Assembly: GCA_023228325.1 (NCBI GenBank)
Contig: JALOBK010000001.1
Coordinates: forward strand, 1,094,133 to 1,158,132
DNA length: 64,000 nucleotides
Direction of reading: 5' to 3'
Source: a bacterium
GTDB taxonomy: Bacteria; Auribacterota; UBA6266
Below the pieces are notes generated by a model. The model saw nothing but the letters and a program-made list of their open reading frames with translations, ran no database searches and was not told the DNA's origin. The number at the start of each line of letters is the position of its first letter. The first letter of the stretch is position 1. The position numbers and the translations under genes are program-made. This document shows, piece after piece, positions 20,316 through 29,759 of this stretch.

Positions 20316-22763
20316 ATGAATGATGAATTAAATAAGAATAAAAATCCTTTTGAAGATGAAATAGAGCGGACAACGCTGGTTTTTGACAGCGGCAGCCGGC
20401 CATTCAGGATAATATGCGATACGTTTCTCGAGGTGGAAGGAGCGAGCGAAGAAAAAATATATTCCATATTATGTAAAAACCTTTTGCGGATGTGCAATGC
20501 GAAATGCGTTGCTTTCGCTTCATCAAAGCCGGACGATTTTCTGAAACTTGAGATCGTAACGACCGAAAGGGAAACAGGTCTTTCATTCCTTGAAGAGAAA
20601 CCCGGTATAATCAGGAAGATACCGGATGGACTGTTCAGAACCTTTAAAGACAATGAGATAATCGACTGTTCCGCCAGCCGCGCGTGCCTGTTGAGTCTTT
20701 TTCCCGAAGCATTTACCGAGGAAATAAAATCCGAAAGAAACGTTGAGAGGTACGCCCTTGCGAGTATCAGGGAAGGGGAAATTGTCGCAATCGGCTATAT
20801 GCAATTGTACCCCGGCTATAAACTTGCCATGAAAGGCGTGCTTATCCATTTTCTTAATATGATAGGGATAATCTTACAGAGGATGAATTACCTGAAATCG
20901 CTTGCCGAGAGCGAGGAAAAATACAGGCTTTCCATAGAATATATCCCATTGCACCTCTGCGAGGTGGACAAAGAGGGAAATATCATTCTCTGGAATAAAT
21001 TTTCTGAAAAAATGCTTGGGTACAGCGTTGACGAAGCGGTTAAAAAACTTAAAATCTATAAACTGCATGAAAGCCCGTCCCATGCCGATGAAGTGCATAA
21101 GATTGCTTCAGAAACCGGGATGTATAACGATGAAATCAACCTTGTCCACAAAGACGGGACGGTATTCCCTGTCCATCTTATCGTTATACCGAAAAAAGAT
21201 AAAGACGGGAACGTGGTGTGTTATTACAGGTTTGGCGAAGACATTACGGTCAGGAAAAGGGCGGAGGAAGAGATTTATAAAAGCAGGGAGACCTTCAGAA
21301 AACTTATTGAAAATACGCCGGTGGGCATCATAGTTACAAACGATAAATCCGAAATCATAGATATAAATCCTTCCGCCCTTGAGATATTTCAGCGGCAGAG
21401 AGGAGAGATGATAGGGAAAAACCCGGAAAATTTCTTTGCCGGCGCAAAGGACGGGACTTTTGTCATCAAAAGCGGGATGTCCGAAACAGATAAGAAAGAA
21501 GTGTTTGTTACCAGGGCTTCGGGTGAAAAAATACCTGTTATTAAAAGCGCAGATTCTATCGAGCTGGACGGGGAGGCCTGCGTCATGGAAACGCTGATAG
21601 ATATATCCGATTGGAAAAGAGCCGAGGAAAAAGCGGATTACAGGCTGAATTTTGAAAGGCTGATAACATCTATTTCAACCAGTTTTATAGATATGAGAAA
21701 CGAGGACATAGACAACGAGATACAGGAGGCTTTGACGCAGATAGGCCGGTTTACCGGCGTTGACAGAAGTTATGTCTTCCTTTTCCGGGATAAAGGCGCC
21801 GTTATGGATAATTTGTATGAGTGGTGCGCCGGAGGGATTGTTTCTCAGAAAGATAGATTAATGGGCGTTGACACCGGGAAATTCGGTTGGATAGTGGGTA
21901 AGTTGAAAAAAGATGAAATAGTATATGTGGATGACATTTCCGAATTGCCTGCGGAGGCAAAAAATGAGCAGGACGAATTCCGGGCCGAGGGGATTAAATC
22001 TCTTATCAATGTCATATTGAAAGTCGCCGGAACTCCTCTGGGAATACTGGGTTTTGATTCTGTGAAAGAACAGAGAAAATGGACAGATGATGAAATTACA
22101 CTTTTGAAAATAGTGGGCGAAATTTTTACAAATGCTCTTGAAAGGTGCAAAAAGGAAAGGGAGCTTAAAGCAAGTTATGAAAAATTAAGGAATGGCATGG
22201 AAAGCACTATAAACGCGATGGGGAGCATAGTCGAAGTGAGAGACCCTTACACCGCCGGCCATGAAAGAAGGGTTGCCCAGCTTGCAAGCGCTATTGCTTC
22301 GGAAATGGGTCTTTCTGACAGGGAGATTGAAGGGATCAGGATTGCGTCTTCCATCCATGATGTGGGAAAAATATATGTTCCTGCTGAAATACTGAATAAA
22401 CCGGCGAAGATATCCGATATAGAATATAAAATCATCAAGACTCATCCGCGCGTCGGATATGATATTCTGAAAAATATAGAGTTTCCATGGCCGGTAGCCG
22501 ATATTGTGCTTCAGCATCACGAAAGATTTGACGGTTCAGGCTATCCGTTCGGTCTTTCGGGCAAAAATATCCTTATGGGGGCGAGAATAATAGGAGTTGC
22601 CGATGTTGTTGAAACAATGTCTTCCCACCGCCCCTACAGGTCTGCGCCCGGCATTGACAAAGCTCTGGAGGAAATATCCGGGAACAGGGGGAACCTGTAT
22701 GATCCCGATGTTGTTGACGCCTGCCTTAGATTATTTCGCGAAAAAAACTTTATGTTCAAATAA
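20316..22763 (+). CDS. PAS-PAS-GAF-HD-GYP c-di-GMP phosphodiesterase
   Basis: Two PAS, GAF (GVDRSYVF, LGILGFDS), DPYTAGH, HDVGKI, HHERFDGSGYP, HRPYR. Confidence 0.9.
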   Translation: MNDELNKNKNPFEDEIERTTLVFDSGSRPFRIICDTFLEVEGASEEKIYSILCKNLLRMCNAKCVAFASSKPDDFLKLEIVTTERETGLSFLEEKPGIIRKIPDGLFRTFKDNEIIDCSASRACLLSLFPEAFTEEIKSERNVERYALASIREGEIVAIGYMQLYPGYKLAMKGVLIHFLNMIGIILQRMNYLKSLAESEEKYRLSIEYIPLHLCEVDKEGNIILWNKFSEKMLGYSVDEAVKKLKIYKLHESPSHADEVHKIASETGMYNDEINLVHKDGTVFPVHLIVIPKKDKDGNVVCYYRFGEDITVRKRAEEEIYKSRETFRKLIENTPVGIIVTNDKSEIIDINPSALEIFQRQRGEMIGKNPENFFAGAKDGTFVIKSGMSETDKKEVFVTRASGEKIPVIKSADSIELDGEACVMETLIDISDWKRAEEKADYRLNFERLITSISTSFIDMRNEDIDNEIQEALTQIGRFTGVDRSYVFLFRDKGAVMDNLYEWCAGGIVSQKDRLMGVDTGKFGWIVGKLKKDEIVYVDDISELPAEAKNEQDEFRAEGIKSLINVILKVAGTPLGILGFDSVKEQRKWTDDEITLLKIVGEIFTNALERCKKERELKASYEKLRNGMESTINAMGSIVEVRDPYTAGHERRVAQLASAIASEMGLSDREIEGIRIASSIHDVGKIYVPAEILNKPAKISDIEYKIIKTHPRVGYDILKNIEFPWPVADIVLQHHERFDGSGYPFGLSGKNILMGARIIGVADVVETMSSHRPYRSAPGIDKALEEISGNRGNLYDPDVVDACLRLFREKNFMFK

Positions 22764-22789
22764 GCTTTTATAAAATAAGGGAGCTGCTT

Positions 22790-23008
22790 ATGGATGATTT
22801 TGCGCAAGTGTCCGTATACTACAGTATATCTGCCGCGGAGCTTGCAGTGTCGGCATTGGAGGCCGAAGGGATAAAGTGTTATTTATCAGATTACAATACT
22901 TTTTCCATAGGAGCTCTTTGCGATCCGGATATAGGTTGGATAAAATTGATGGTGAACGGGAGAGACCTGAAAAGAGCGAAAGAAATACTTGGGGTTGCGG
23001 CAGGATAA
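22790..23008 (+). CDS. DUF2007-like putative signal-transducing small protein
   Basis: AELAVSALEAEGIKC...IKLMV...DLKRAKEIL pattern; GGGAG SD. Confidence 0.8.
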   Translation: MDDFAQVSVYYSISAAELAVSALEAEGIKCYLSDYNTFSIGALCDPDIGWIKLMVNGRDLKRAKEILGVAAG

Positions 23009-23044
23009 GTGGTATAATCATAACAACTTATATGGAAAAGGGTT

Positions 23045-24508
23045 ATGACGGAAGATACGAGATCTAAAGAGGAACTGTTTGCAGAAATAGAAAAACTGAA
23101 GAAACGTCTTGTGGATGTGCAGGCGCTTCAGGTGCAGCGCAGGCTAATAGAAGAAAACCTCCGTGAAAAAGAAGAACTGATGTCCGCTATAGTCAAGGCC
23201 TTTGACGGTTATATCTACACATGCGCTTCTGATTATACCGTCACTTTCATGAATAAAAATCTTATGGAAAGGACCGGCAGGGACGCTACGGGAGAGAAGT
23301 GTTATGAAGTCCTTCACAACAGGCAGTCAGTCTGTCCCTGGTGCGTGAATGAAAAGGTTTTCAAGGGCGATACCGTGAGGTGGGAAGTGCTGAGCCCCAA
23401 AGATAACCGCTGGTTCTATATTGTCAACACGCCTATATTTGCCGGCGAAAAAGTTATTTCCAAAATGTCCATGTTTATTGACATCACCGAAAGAAAAAAA
23501 TTTGAAGAGAGACTCCGTGAAAGCGAAGAAAAATTCAAAAAGCTGTTCGAATTAACCCCCTTTGCTGTTTTTCTTGAGACGATAGACGGCGATATCATCG
23601 ACTGCAATGAGGAAGCGTCCAAAATGCTTGGATACAGTAAAAAAGAGCTTAATAATATGAATATTAAAGACCTGGTAAGCGCCAGAACGGCGAAAATGCT
23701 TCCGGGTCTTATTGAAGCAAACATTTCATTCAAGGGATTTTCCGTTGAAGCGGAAAACAGGAAAAAAAACGGGTATGAATTTCCCGTTAGAGTGGATGCC
23801 AGGATACTGGAGATAAACAATGAGAAAATGGTTTTTGTGCTGGTGCAGGATATCACGGAATCCAAAAAGGCGGAAGAACTTTTGATAAGGGAAAAGAAAC
23901 TTCATACCGGAGGCCCGGTGGTCGTGTTCAGGTGGTTTGCGGGACAGGGCTGGCCGGTGGAATATGTGTCAAGCAACATTAAACAATTCGGATATACGGC
24001 CGAGGAATTTCTGAGAGGCAAAATTAAATATGCCGATATTATTCACCCCGCGGATATAGAAAGGGTTGAAAAAGAAGTAAAACGGTACAGCAAAAAAGGG
24101 ATTGATAAATTTGAACAGGAATACAGGATATTCACCGCGGATAAAACAGAAAAGTTCCTGTATGACTCCACGGTTATCGTAAGGAACAGGAAAGGCGAAA
24201 TAACGCATTATGAAGGTTATGTGCTCGATATAACCGAGCGCAAAAAAGCCGAAAAAGAAAAAGAAAAACTGATTGAAGATCTTCAATATGCGTTAGCGCA
24301 GGTAAAGACATTAAGAGGATTGATGCCGATATGTTCGCATTGCAAAAAGGTCCGTGACGATAAAGGTTACTGGCATCAGGTGGAAGAATATTTGGAAAAG
24401 CATTCTGAAATCGCTTTCAGCCACGGCATCTGCCCCGATTGCAGAAAGAAACTTTATCCCGAATTGACAAAGAAAAAACCTGCGAAAAACAGGAGAACCG
24501 GGAAATAA
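23045..24508 (+). CDS. Multi-PAS protein with C-terminal Cys-rich (CxxC...HGICPDC) domain
   Basis: Three PAS/PAC units; C-terminal LRGLMPICSHCKKVRDDKGYW...FSHGICPDC. Confidence 0.85.
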   Translation: MTEDTRSKEELFAEIEKLKKRLVDVQALQVQRRLIEENLREKEELMSAIVKAFDGYIYTCASDYTVTFMNKNLMERTGRDATGEKCYEVLHNRQSVCPWCVNEKVFKGDTVRWEVLSPKDNRWFYIVNTPIFAGEKVISKMSMFIDITERKKFEERLRESEEKFKKLFELTPFAVFLETIDGDIIDCNEEASKMLGYSKKELNNMNIKDLVSARTAKMLPGLIEANISFKGFSVEAENRKKNGYEFPVRVDARILEINNEKMVFVLVQDITESKKAEELLIREKKLHTGGPVVVFRWFAGQGWPVEYVSSNIKQFGYTAEEFLRGKIKYADIIHPADIERVEKEVKRYSKKGIDKFEQEYRIFTADKTEKFLYDSTVIVRNRKGEITHYEGYVLDITERKKAEKEKEKLIEDLQYALAQVKTLRGLMPICSHCKKVRDDKGYWHQVEEYLEKHSEIAFSHGICPDCRKKLYPELTKKKPAKNRRTGK

Positions 24509-24510
24509 GT

Positions 24511-25554
24511 TTATACGTTAAACCGGAAGAGCACTATATCAGAATCTTCGATAATGTAATCTTTTCCCTTTAACGCCCACTTTCCCGCATCTTTTACCGC
24601 CTGCTCGCCGCCAAGTTCAAAAAGATCTTTCGACTTGATTATTTCGGCGCGTATGAAACCGCGTTCGATGTCGGTGTGTATTTTGCCGGCTGTCTGCGGA
24701 GCGGAAAGCCCCTTTGTTATAATCCAGGAACGGGCTTCATTTTCGCCTGCTGTAAAGAATGTGATAAGGTTTAAAAGCTTTACGGACAATCTTGCCATTA
24801 AATTTATGGCAGGTTCATTTATTCCAAGGCCTTTGAGAAATTCTTCCCGTTCCGTTTCGGCAAGGGAGTTTATTTCAACTTCGGTTTTTGCCGCAATCGG
24901 GAAAGTGACGGTTGTCGGAGAATCGAACCTGGCTATGTTATCGGGCAATTTCCGGTTGATATCCGTTTCGTCGGAATTTAATGCTATAAGAACATTTTTT
25001 TTAGTTATGAATTGCAGAGGGAGAAGTAATTTTTTTTCTTCGTCCGAAAAAGCCGTATCCCTTACGGGTTTTTCGTTTTCAAGCTGTGATTTTATTTTTA
25101 ACAGGAGGGTTTTTTCCTTGTCGAGGACTTCGGTTTTTTTCTTTTTTTCGGATTCTTTCATCCTTTCCAGCCTTGTTTCCACAAGCATAAGATCTGCGAG
25201 AATAAGTTCCTGTAAGATGATGTTTATGTCCCTTTCCGGGTCTACGGTTTCTTTTATATGATATACGGCATCATTTTTAAACTGTCTTACAACAAGGCAT
25301 ACGGCGTCAAGATTTTTAAGGATATTAAGTGAATCTTTGAGCGATGCATGGCCGGGGACTATTGCAGGAAGAAGCTGGTATTCAATTTCGGCATGGGTTA
25401 TTTTTCTCGATTTGTATATCTCCGCGATTTTGTCCAGTTTGGGATCCTTGATTTTACATATGCCGATGTTTGCGGAAATCCCGTCATTGCCTGTTAAAAG
25501 CTTAAAAAGCGTCTTTTTCCCGGATTGGGGAAAACCAAGCAGCCCGATTTTCAT
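24511..25554 (-). CDS. ychF: Redox-regulated ATPase YchF (Obg family)
   Basis: KIGLLGFPQSGKKT, TFFTAGENEARSW, AGKIHTDIERGFIRAE, GKDYIIEDSDI. Confidence 0.9.
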   Translation of the reverse strand: MKIGLLGFPQSGKKTLFKLLTGNDGISANIGICKIKDPKLDKIAEIYKSRKITHAEIEYQLLPAIVPGHASLKDSLNILKNLDAVCLVVRQFKNDAVYHIKETVDPERDINIILQELILADLMLVETRLERMKESEKKKKTEVLDKEKTLLLKIKSQLENEKPVRDTAFSDEEKKLLLPLQFITKKNVLIALNSDETDINRKLPDNIARFDSPTTVTFPIAAKTEVEINSLAETEREEFLKGLGINEPAINLMARLSVKLLNLITFFTAGENEARSWIITKGLSAPQTAGKIHTDIERGFIRAEIIKSKDLFELGGEQAVKDAGKWALKGKDYIIEDSDIVLFRFNV

Positions 25555-25602
25555 GCGCGAGACCTTTAAATATTTTTTATTTTAACATCGGTTCCGTCAG
25601 CG

Positions 25603-25626
25603 CCGGGATCCTGCCGGCGCTTTTTT
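25603..25626 (+). terminator. GC-rich hairpin with T-tract between ychF and GT2
   Basis: AGCGCCGG-gatcctg-CCGGCGCT followed by a T run. Confidence 0.5.
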
Positions 25627-25634
25627 GACCCGGC

Positions 25635-25643
25635 ATTATACCA
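25635..25643 (-). promoter_or_regulatory. Extended -10 promoter for ychF
   Basis: Minus-strand TGG-TATAAT about 80 bp upstream of the ychF start. Confidence 0.55.
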
Positions 25644-25733
25644 TCAATTTGAAAAAAAAATAAAGAAACTTGTTGTTCTTTCTTGAAAAAAAAATTATAT
25701 TCAGTATATTGTTACTTAAAAAAACCCTTTACT

Positions 25734-26726
25734 ATGAATAAAGATTTCTCCATTTCAGTGATAATACCGGTGCTTAATGAGGAACATCATATATCACCAT
25801 GCCTTGATTCCATCCTGAGCCAGACAAGAAGGCACATAGAAGTTATTGTAGTGGATAACGGGTCTACGGATGGCACGGCGAAGATAGTTGAGAGGTTTTC
25901 CAACAGGGACGGAAGGGTTCGTCTTGTGAAAGAAGGCAGGAAAGGCGTTGTGTATGCAAGGAACAGAGGCATTGAAGAAGCCTGCGGGGATTTTATAGCT
26001 TTTACCGATGCGGACTGTGTTGCCGTAGTAAGCTGGCTTGGTTCTCTTGTAAGGCATTTTGATGAATCCGGGATCGCTTCCGTCAGGGGTCCGAATGTTT
26101 TACCGAGGGAAGATACCAATACGGGTAATATTATAAAAGAAACATTTACATTTTTCCTCCCTTTCGGGAGAAAATACTGTGATTTCGGACACAGCTCCAG
26201 GCAGGTGGATTTCAACCCCTCATGCAACGTTATGTACAGAAAAGAGGCATTACGGAAAACAGGCCTGTTCAGCCCCGATATGTATCCTCTTGAGGATGAA
26301 GAGATGGCGGCGCGCCTGAGAAAAACGGGGTATCAGGTATTGTGTGACCCTGATGCAATAGTTTATCACTACAAGAAAACGGAAATAAGCGATGTTTTTA
26401 AACTGGCCTACCGGTTCGGAAAAAGCCGCGCGTCATTTCTCAAAAAAGGGTCCGAACCCGGCATATTCCGCTGGTCTGCGATTGCCGTGTCATTCAATGT
26501 AGTCATTCTGGCTTTGATATGCCTGCTGTTCAGCCCGAAAACAGTTTTTATGTCTTTAACCCTGCTTTCATTGATCCTGGCGCTGTTAATAGGGCTATCG
26601 TTAATGATAGCGAGAAAAACAAAAATTATGGATTTTCCTGTTTATTTTTTCTTTGTTTTGCTCATCGTTACGGGGTGGAATACGGGCTTTATCGTAAAGC
26701 TGTTTGCGCCAAACCGCAAATCATGA
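25734..26726 (+). CDS. GT2 family glycosyltransferase with C-terminal TM helices
   Basis: ISVIIPVLNEE, VVDNGSTD, FTDAD, LEDEE; ATG 25734 preferred over TTG 25683. Confidence 0.9.
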   Translation: MNKDFSISVIIPVLNEEHHISPCLDSILSQTRRHIEVIVVDNGSTDGTAKIVERFSNRDGRVRLVKEGRKGVVYARNRGIEEACGDFIAFTDADCVAVVSWLGSLVRHFDESGIASVRGPNVLPREDTNTGNIIKETFTFFLPFGRKYCDFGHSSRQVDFNPSCNVMYRKEALRKTGLFSPDMYPLEDEEMAARLRKTGYQVLCDPDAIVYHYKKTEISDVFKLAYRFGKSRASFLKKGSEPGIFRWSAIAVSFNVVILALICLLFSPKTVFMSLTLLSLILALLIGLSLMIARKTKIMDFPVYFFFVLLIVTGWNTGFIVKLFAPNRKS

Positions 26727-26806
26727 TATTCCCGCGTTTTATTTTTTAAAAAATTGATGTAAAATGTGATATCGTGATTGTCTTCCACCTGTTAAATTGA
26801 CTGTGT

Positions 26807-27178
26807 ATGCATGAATTAAGCGTAAAGACATTTTTTTCCTCGGCCCATAGCCTTAACGGTTATAAAGGCCCGTGCAGTAATATGCACGGGCACAACTGGG
26901 ATGTGGAGGTCTTTATAAGATGCCGCAGCCTTGATGAAATGGGAATGGTCAGGGATTTCAGGGAATTGAAAGATATAATATCTGAAGTTGTATCTGAATT
27001 TGACCATAAGAATTTGAACGAACTCGAATGTTTTTCCGATAAAAATCCGACCGCGGAAAATATTGCCCGCCTTCTGTTTTCGATGTTATCCGGGAAAATC
27101 AATGATAAAAGGATTAAAGTATCGAAGATAACGGTCAAAGAATCTTCAAAAACAGGGGTTTCATATTGGGAAGACTGA
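26807..27178 (+). CDS. queD: 6-carboxy-5,6,7,8-tetrahydropterin synthase
   Basis: FSSAH, CSNMHGHNW, DFRELK, PTAENIA, VKES. Confidence 0.95.
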   Translation: MHELSVKTFFSSAHSLNGYKGPCSNMHGHNWDVEVFIRCRSLDEMGMVRDFRELKDIISEVVSEFDHKNLNELECFSDKNPTAENIARLLFSMLSGKINDKRIKVSKITVKESSKTGVSYWED

Positions 27179-27807
27179 AGGTAAATGAAATATTTAAGAG
27201 CATTCAGGGGGAGTCAAGCCATGCGGGGGAGCCGTGTGTTTTTGTCAGGCTTGCAGGATGCAACCTCAGATGCGGTTTTTGTGACACGCGCTATGCATAC
27301 GAAAAAGGAGTGTATTTAAACGCCGAAACGCTTGTAAAAAAAGTATTAAGGTATAAACCCGGTCTTGTATGTATAACCGGAGGCGAACCGTTAATCCAGA
27401 AAGATATATTTTGCGTTATTGACGAACTAATACGCTGCGGGAAAAAGATAATAATAGAAACCAACGGTTCCGCCTGCATTAAAAATATAAATAAAAAGGC
27501 AACAATAGTAATGGATATAAAGTGCCCCCTGAGCGGGCAATCAGGAAGTTTTTTTGCGAAAAACATGGAGTATATTAAAAGTGAAGATGAGATAAAATTT
27601 GTCATTTCCGGACGTAAAGATTACCTGTGGGCTAAACGCGTGGTGAAAAAAATTGAAGGGAAAAAATGCAATATACTGTTTTCTCCGGCGTATGGCCTTC
27701 TAAAAGCTTCGGACCTTGCGGGATGGATATTGGAAGATGATTTAAAAGTGCGCCTGAACCTGCAGCTCCATAAGGTAATATGGCCTAACAGGACCAGGGG
27801 TGTTTGA
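27166..27807 (+). CDS. queE: 7-carboxy-7-deazaguanine synthase (radical SAM)
   Basis: EIFKSIQGE, CNLRCGFCD, TGGEPL, ETNG, LQLHK. Confidence 0.95.
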   Translation: MGRLKVNEIFKSIQGESSHAGEPCVFVRLAGCNLRCGFCDTRYAYEKGVYLNAETLVKKVLRYKPGLVCITGGEPLIQKDIFCVIDELIRCGKKIIIETNGSACIKNINKKATIVMDIKCPLSGQSGSFFAKNMEYIKSEDEIKFVISGRKDYLWAKRVVKKIEGKKCNILFSPAYGLLKASDLAGWILEDDLKVRLNLQLHKVIWPNRTRGV

Positions 27808-27810
27808 ATT

Positions 27811-28494
27811 ATGGGAAAAAAGGCGGTGGTTTTATTGAGCGGAGGATTGGATTCGGCTACAGTCGCCGCGATGGCCAAATCAGGGGGATTTGACATATAC
27901 GCCCTGACTTTTGATTACGGCCAGCGCCACAAAACAGAAATTGCCTGCGCAAAACGAATTGCGGCAGCGGTAAAAGCGAGAAAGCATATGGTCTTCCGCC
28001 TTGATATGAGGAAGATAGGAGGGTCTGCCCTGACTTCAGGCGCTAAGGTTCCCAAGAGGAGAAAAACAGGAAGCATGCCCTATACCGTACCTTCTACATA
28101 TGTTCCCGCGAGAAACACGATATTCCTTTCGGTTGCGCTGGCATGGGCCGAAACCATAGGCTCGAAAGACATATTTATCGGGGTAAATGCCGTTGATTAC
28201 AGCGGTTATCCCGACTGCAGGCCGGAATATCTGAGAGCGTATGAAAAGATGGCCGCGCTGGCGGTTAAGCCTGCAGGCAAAAGCAGGATAAAAGTACACA
28301 GCCCGCTCGTTAAAATGAAGAAATCTGATATAATCAGGACAGGCGCGGCTCTTGGCGTGGATTTTTCAAAAACACACAGTTGTTATGACCCGGTCATGAA
28401 ATCAACCGCCTGCGGAGAGTGTGACTCATGTATTATAAGGAAAAACGGGTTTAAGGAAGCGGGGATCAAAGATCCTCTGAGGTATGCCAAATGA
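27811..28494 (+). CDS. queC: 7-cyano-7-deazaguanine synthase
   Basis: LLSGGLDS, YGQRH, TYVPARN, SGYPDCR, CGECDSC. Confidence 0.97.
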   Translation: MGKKAVVLLSGGLDSATVAAMAKSGGFDIYALTFDYGQRHKTEIACAKRIAAAVKARKHMVFRLDMRKIGGSALTSGAKVPKRRKTGSMPYTVPSTYVPARNTIFLSVALAWAETIGSKDIFIGVNAVDYSGYPDCRPEYLRAYEKMAALAVKPAGKSRIKVHSPLVKMKKSDIIRTGAALGVDFSKTHSCYDPVMKSTACGECDSCIIRKNGFKEAGIKDPLRYAK

Positions 28495-28898
28495 AGAAAG
28501 CAAGGCTGAAAAACTTAACGCTGCTGGGAAAAGCAAAAACGGTTTATCCGAAATCCCCCGATAATGCCGGGCTCGAGACATTCGCCAATATAATAAGCAG
28601 AGATTATAATGTAAAATTCGAAACAGATGAATTCACTTCCATATGCCCTGTCACCGGCCAGCCTGATTTTGCCAGAATAGAAATAGAATATATCCCGGCT
28701 GAGAAATGCATAGAATCCAAATCACTGAAACTGTATCTTTTTTCTTTCAGAAATGTCGGGATGTTTGCGGAGGATATTGCCAACAGGATTCTGGATGATA
28801 TCGTTAAGACGGCGAAGCCGAAAAAGGCAAAGGTTACGGCGATGTTCAAAGCGCGGGGCGGCATCGGCATAACCGTTGAAGCGAAACATGATTTTTGA
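28491..28898 (+). CDS. queF: preQ1 synthase (unimodular QueF)
   Basis: EFTSICPVTGQPDFA, IESKSLKLYL, RGGI. Confidence 0.95.
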   Translation: MKKARLKNLTLLGKAKTVYPKSPDNAGLETFANIISRDYNVKFETDEFTSICPVTGQPDFARIEIEYIPAEKCIESKSLKLYLFSFRNVGMFAEDIANRILDDIVKTAKPKKAKVTAMFKARGGIGITVEAKHDF

Positions 28899-28902
28899 TA
28901 AG

Positions 28903-29051
28903 AAAGGCTACTTTCGGCAATAAATTTTTATGGGGACGCTTGTAAGTCCCCCCGAGACTTACTTCGCTCGGCTTTTTTACTTGCTCGCCTTTCAGGCACC
29001 ATGGCCGCTCGTAAAAAAACGCCCCTTAAAAATTATTGCCTCATAGCCTTT
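28903..29051. repeat. About 150-bp imperfect inverted-repeat element (MITE/REP-like or structured RNA)
   Basis: AAAGGCTA..GGCAATAAATTTTTATGGGGACG pairs with CGCCCCTTAAAAATTATTGCC..TAGCCTTT; internal perfect hairpin GTAAGTC/GACTTAC (28942-28962). Confidence 0.6.
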
Positions 29052-29071
29052 TGCTTAAAAGGAAAGCAATT

Positions 29072-29731
29072 ATGAGATTTCGCAGCAAAACAAAAACATT
29101 GAGCGGTTTATTTTCTTCCGTTGCCGGGCTGATATTGTTTATATGTTTTTTCCTTCCTTCGGTCAAGGGGTGTGAGGGTGATATTTATCCTTACAGGGAA
29201 TTCGATGTTGAAAGTATCGCGGCCTGTGGTTCCGCGAGAACGTTTTTCGACAGGATATGGCAATACGCGCTGCCTTATTTCGGTGGGCTGCTCGCGGCAT
29301 ATCTTAATATGAGGGTTGTCATAAAAAAGGCGGATAACCTCAAATTCGAGAAGAACCTGTTTATGCTTTTTACAGCTGTTGTCCTTTCGTATTTGTGCTG
29401 CGTTATGCTTATCGGCTTCATGGATTTTTTTAACAGCGGAAAAATAGATTTTTACAGCTGTATCCTGGCTCTGGCCGGCATTGCCGTTATAACGGTTTTC
29501 CTGTCGGTCTTCATATATATTGTTCTTGGGAACAAGGAAGATGAAAGAAAGATCGGGGTTTACCAGGCTCTTTTTGCGCTGATATATGTTCTGTGGATGG
29601 CTCCCTATGTCGTGGACGGAAACGCTTATTACGGCATGAAAATTTCCTTCTGGTGCATGGCGCTGCTGGTTGTTCTGGGGGATGTGATGTACCGCTCTGT
29701 CCCGGAATCGCGATGCAGGGTCAAGTATTAA
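29072..29731 (+). CDS. Hypothetical multi-pass membrane protein
   Basis: About six hydrophobic segments; ATG 29072 preferred since TTG 29036 lies inside the repeat element. Confidence 0.7.
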   Translation: MRFRSKTKTLSGLFSSVAGLILFICFFLPSVKGCEGDIYPYREFDVESIAACGSARTFFDRIWQYALPYFGGLLAAYLNMRVVIKKADNLKFEKNLFMLFTAVVLSYLCCVMLIGFMDFFNSGKIDFYSCILALAGIAVITVFLSVFIYIVLGNKEDERKIGVYQALFALIYVLWMAPYVVDGNAYYGMKISFWCMALLVVLGDVMYRSVPESRCRVKY

Positions 29732-29759
29732 CTGATTTAAAAATTTACCGGAATATAAA

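Noticed and set aside
26727-26806. Expected preQ1 riboswitch before queD
   Set aside because: No AGAGGTTCTAG/CCCTC/A-rich tail signature is visible
25734-28898. GT2 next to queDECF as a deazaguanine DNA-modification or queuosine-glycosylation system
   Set aside because: No dpdA/tgt paralogue or defence genes nearby; the GT2 looks like an ordinary membrane-associated enzyme; adjacency alone is insufficient
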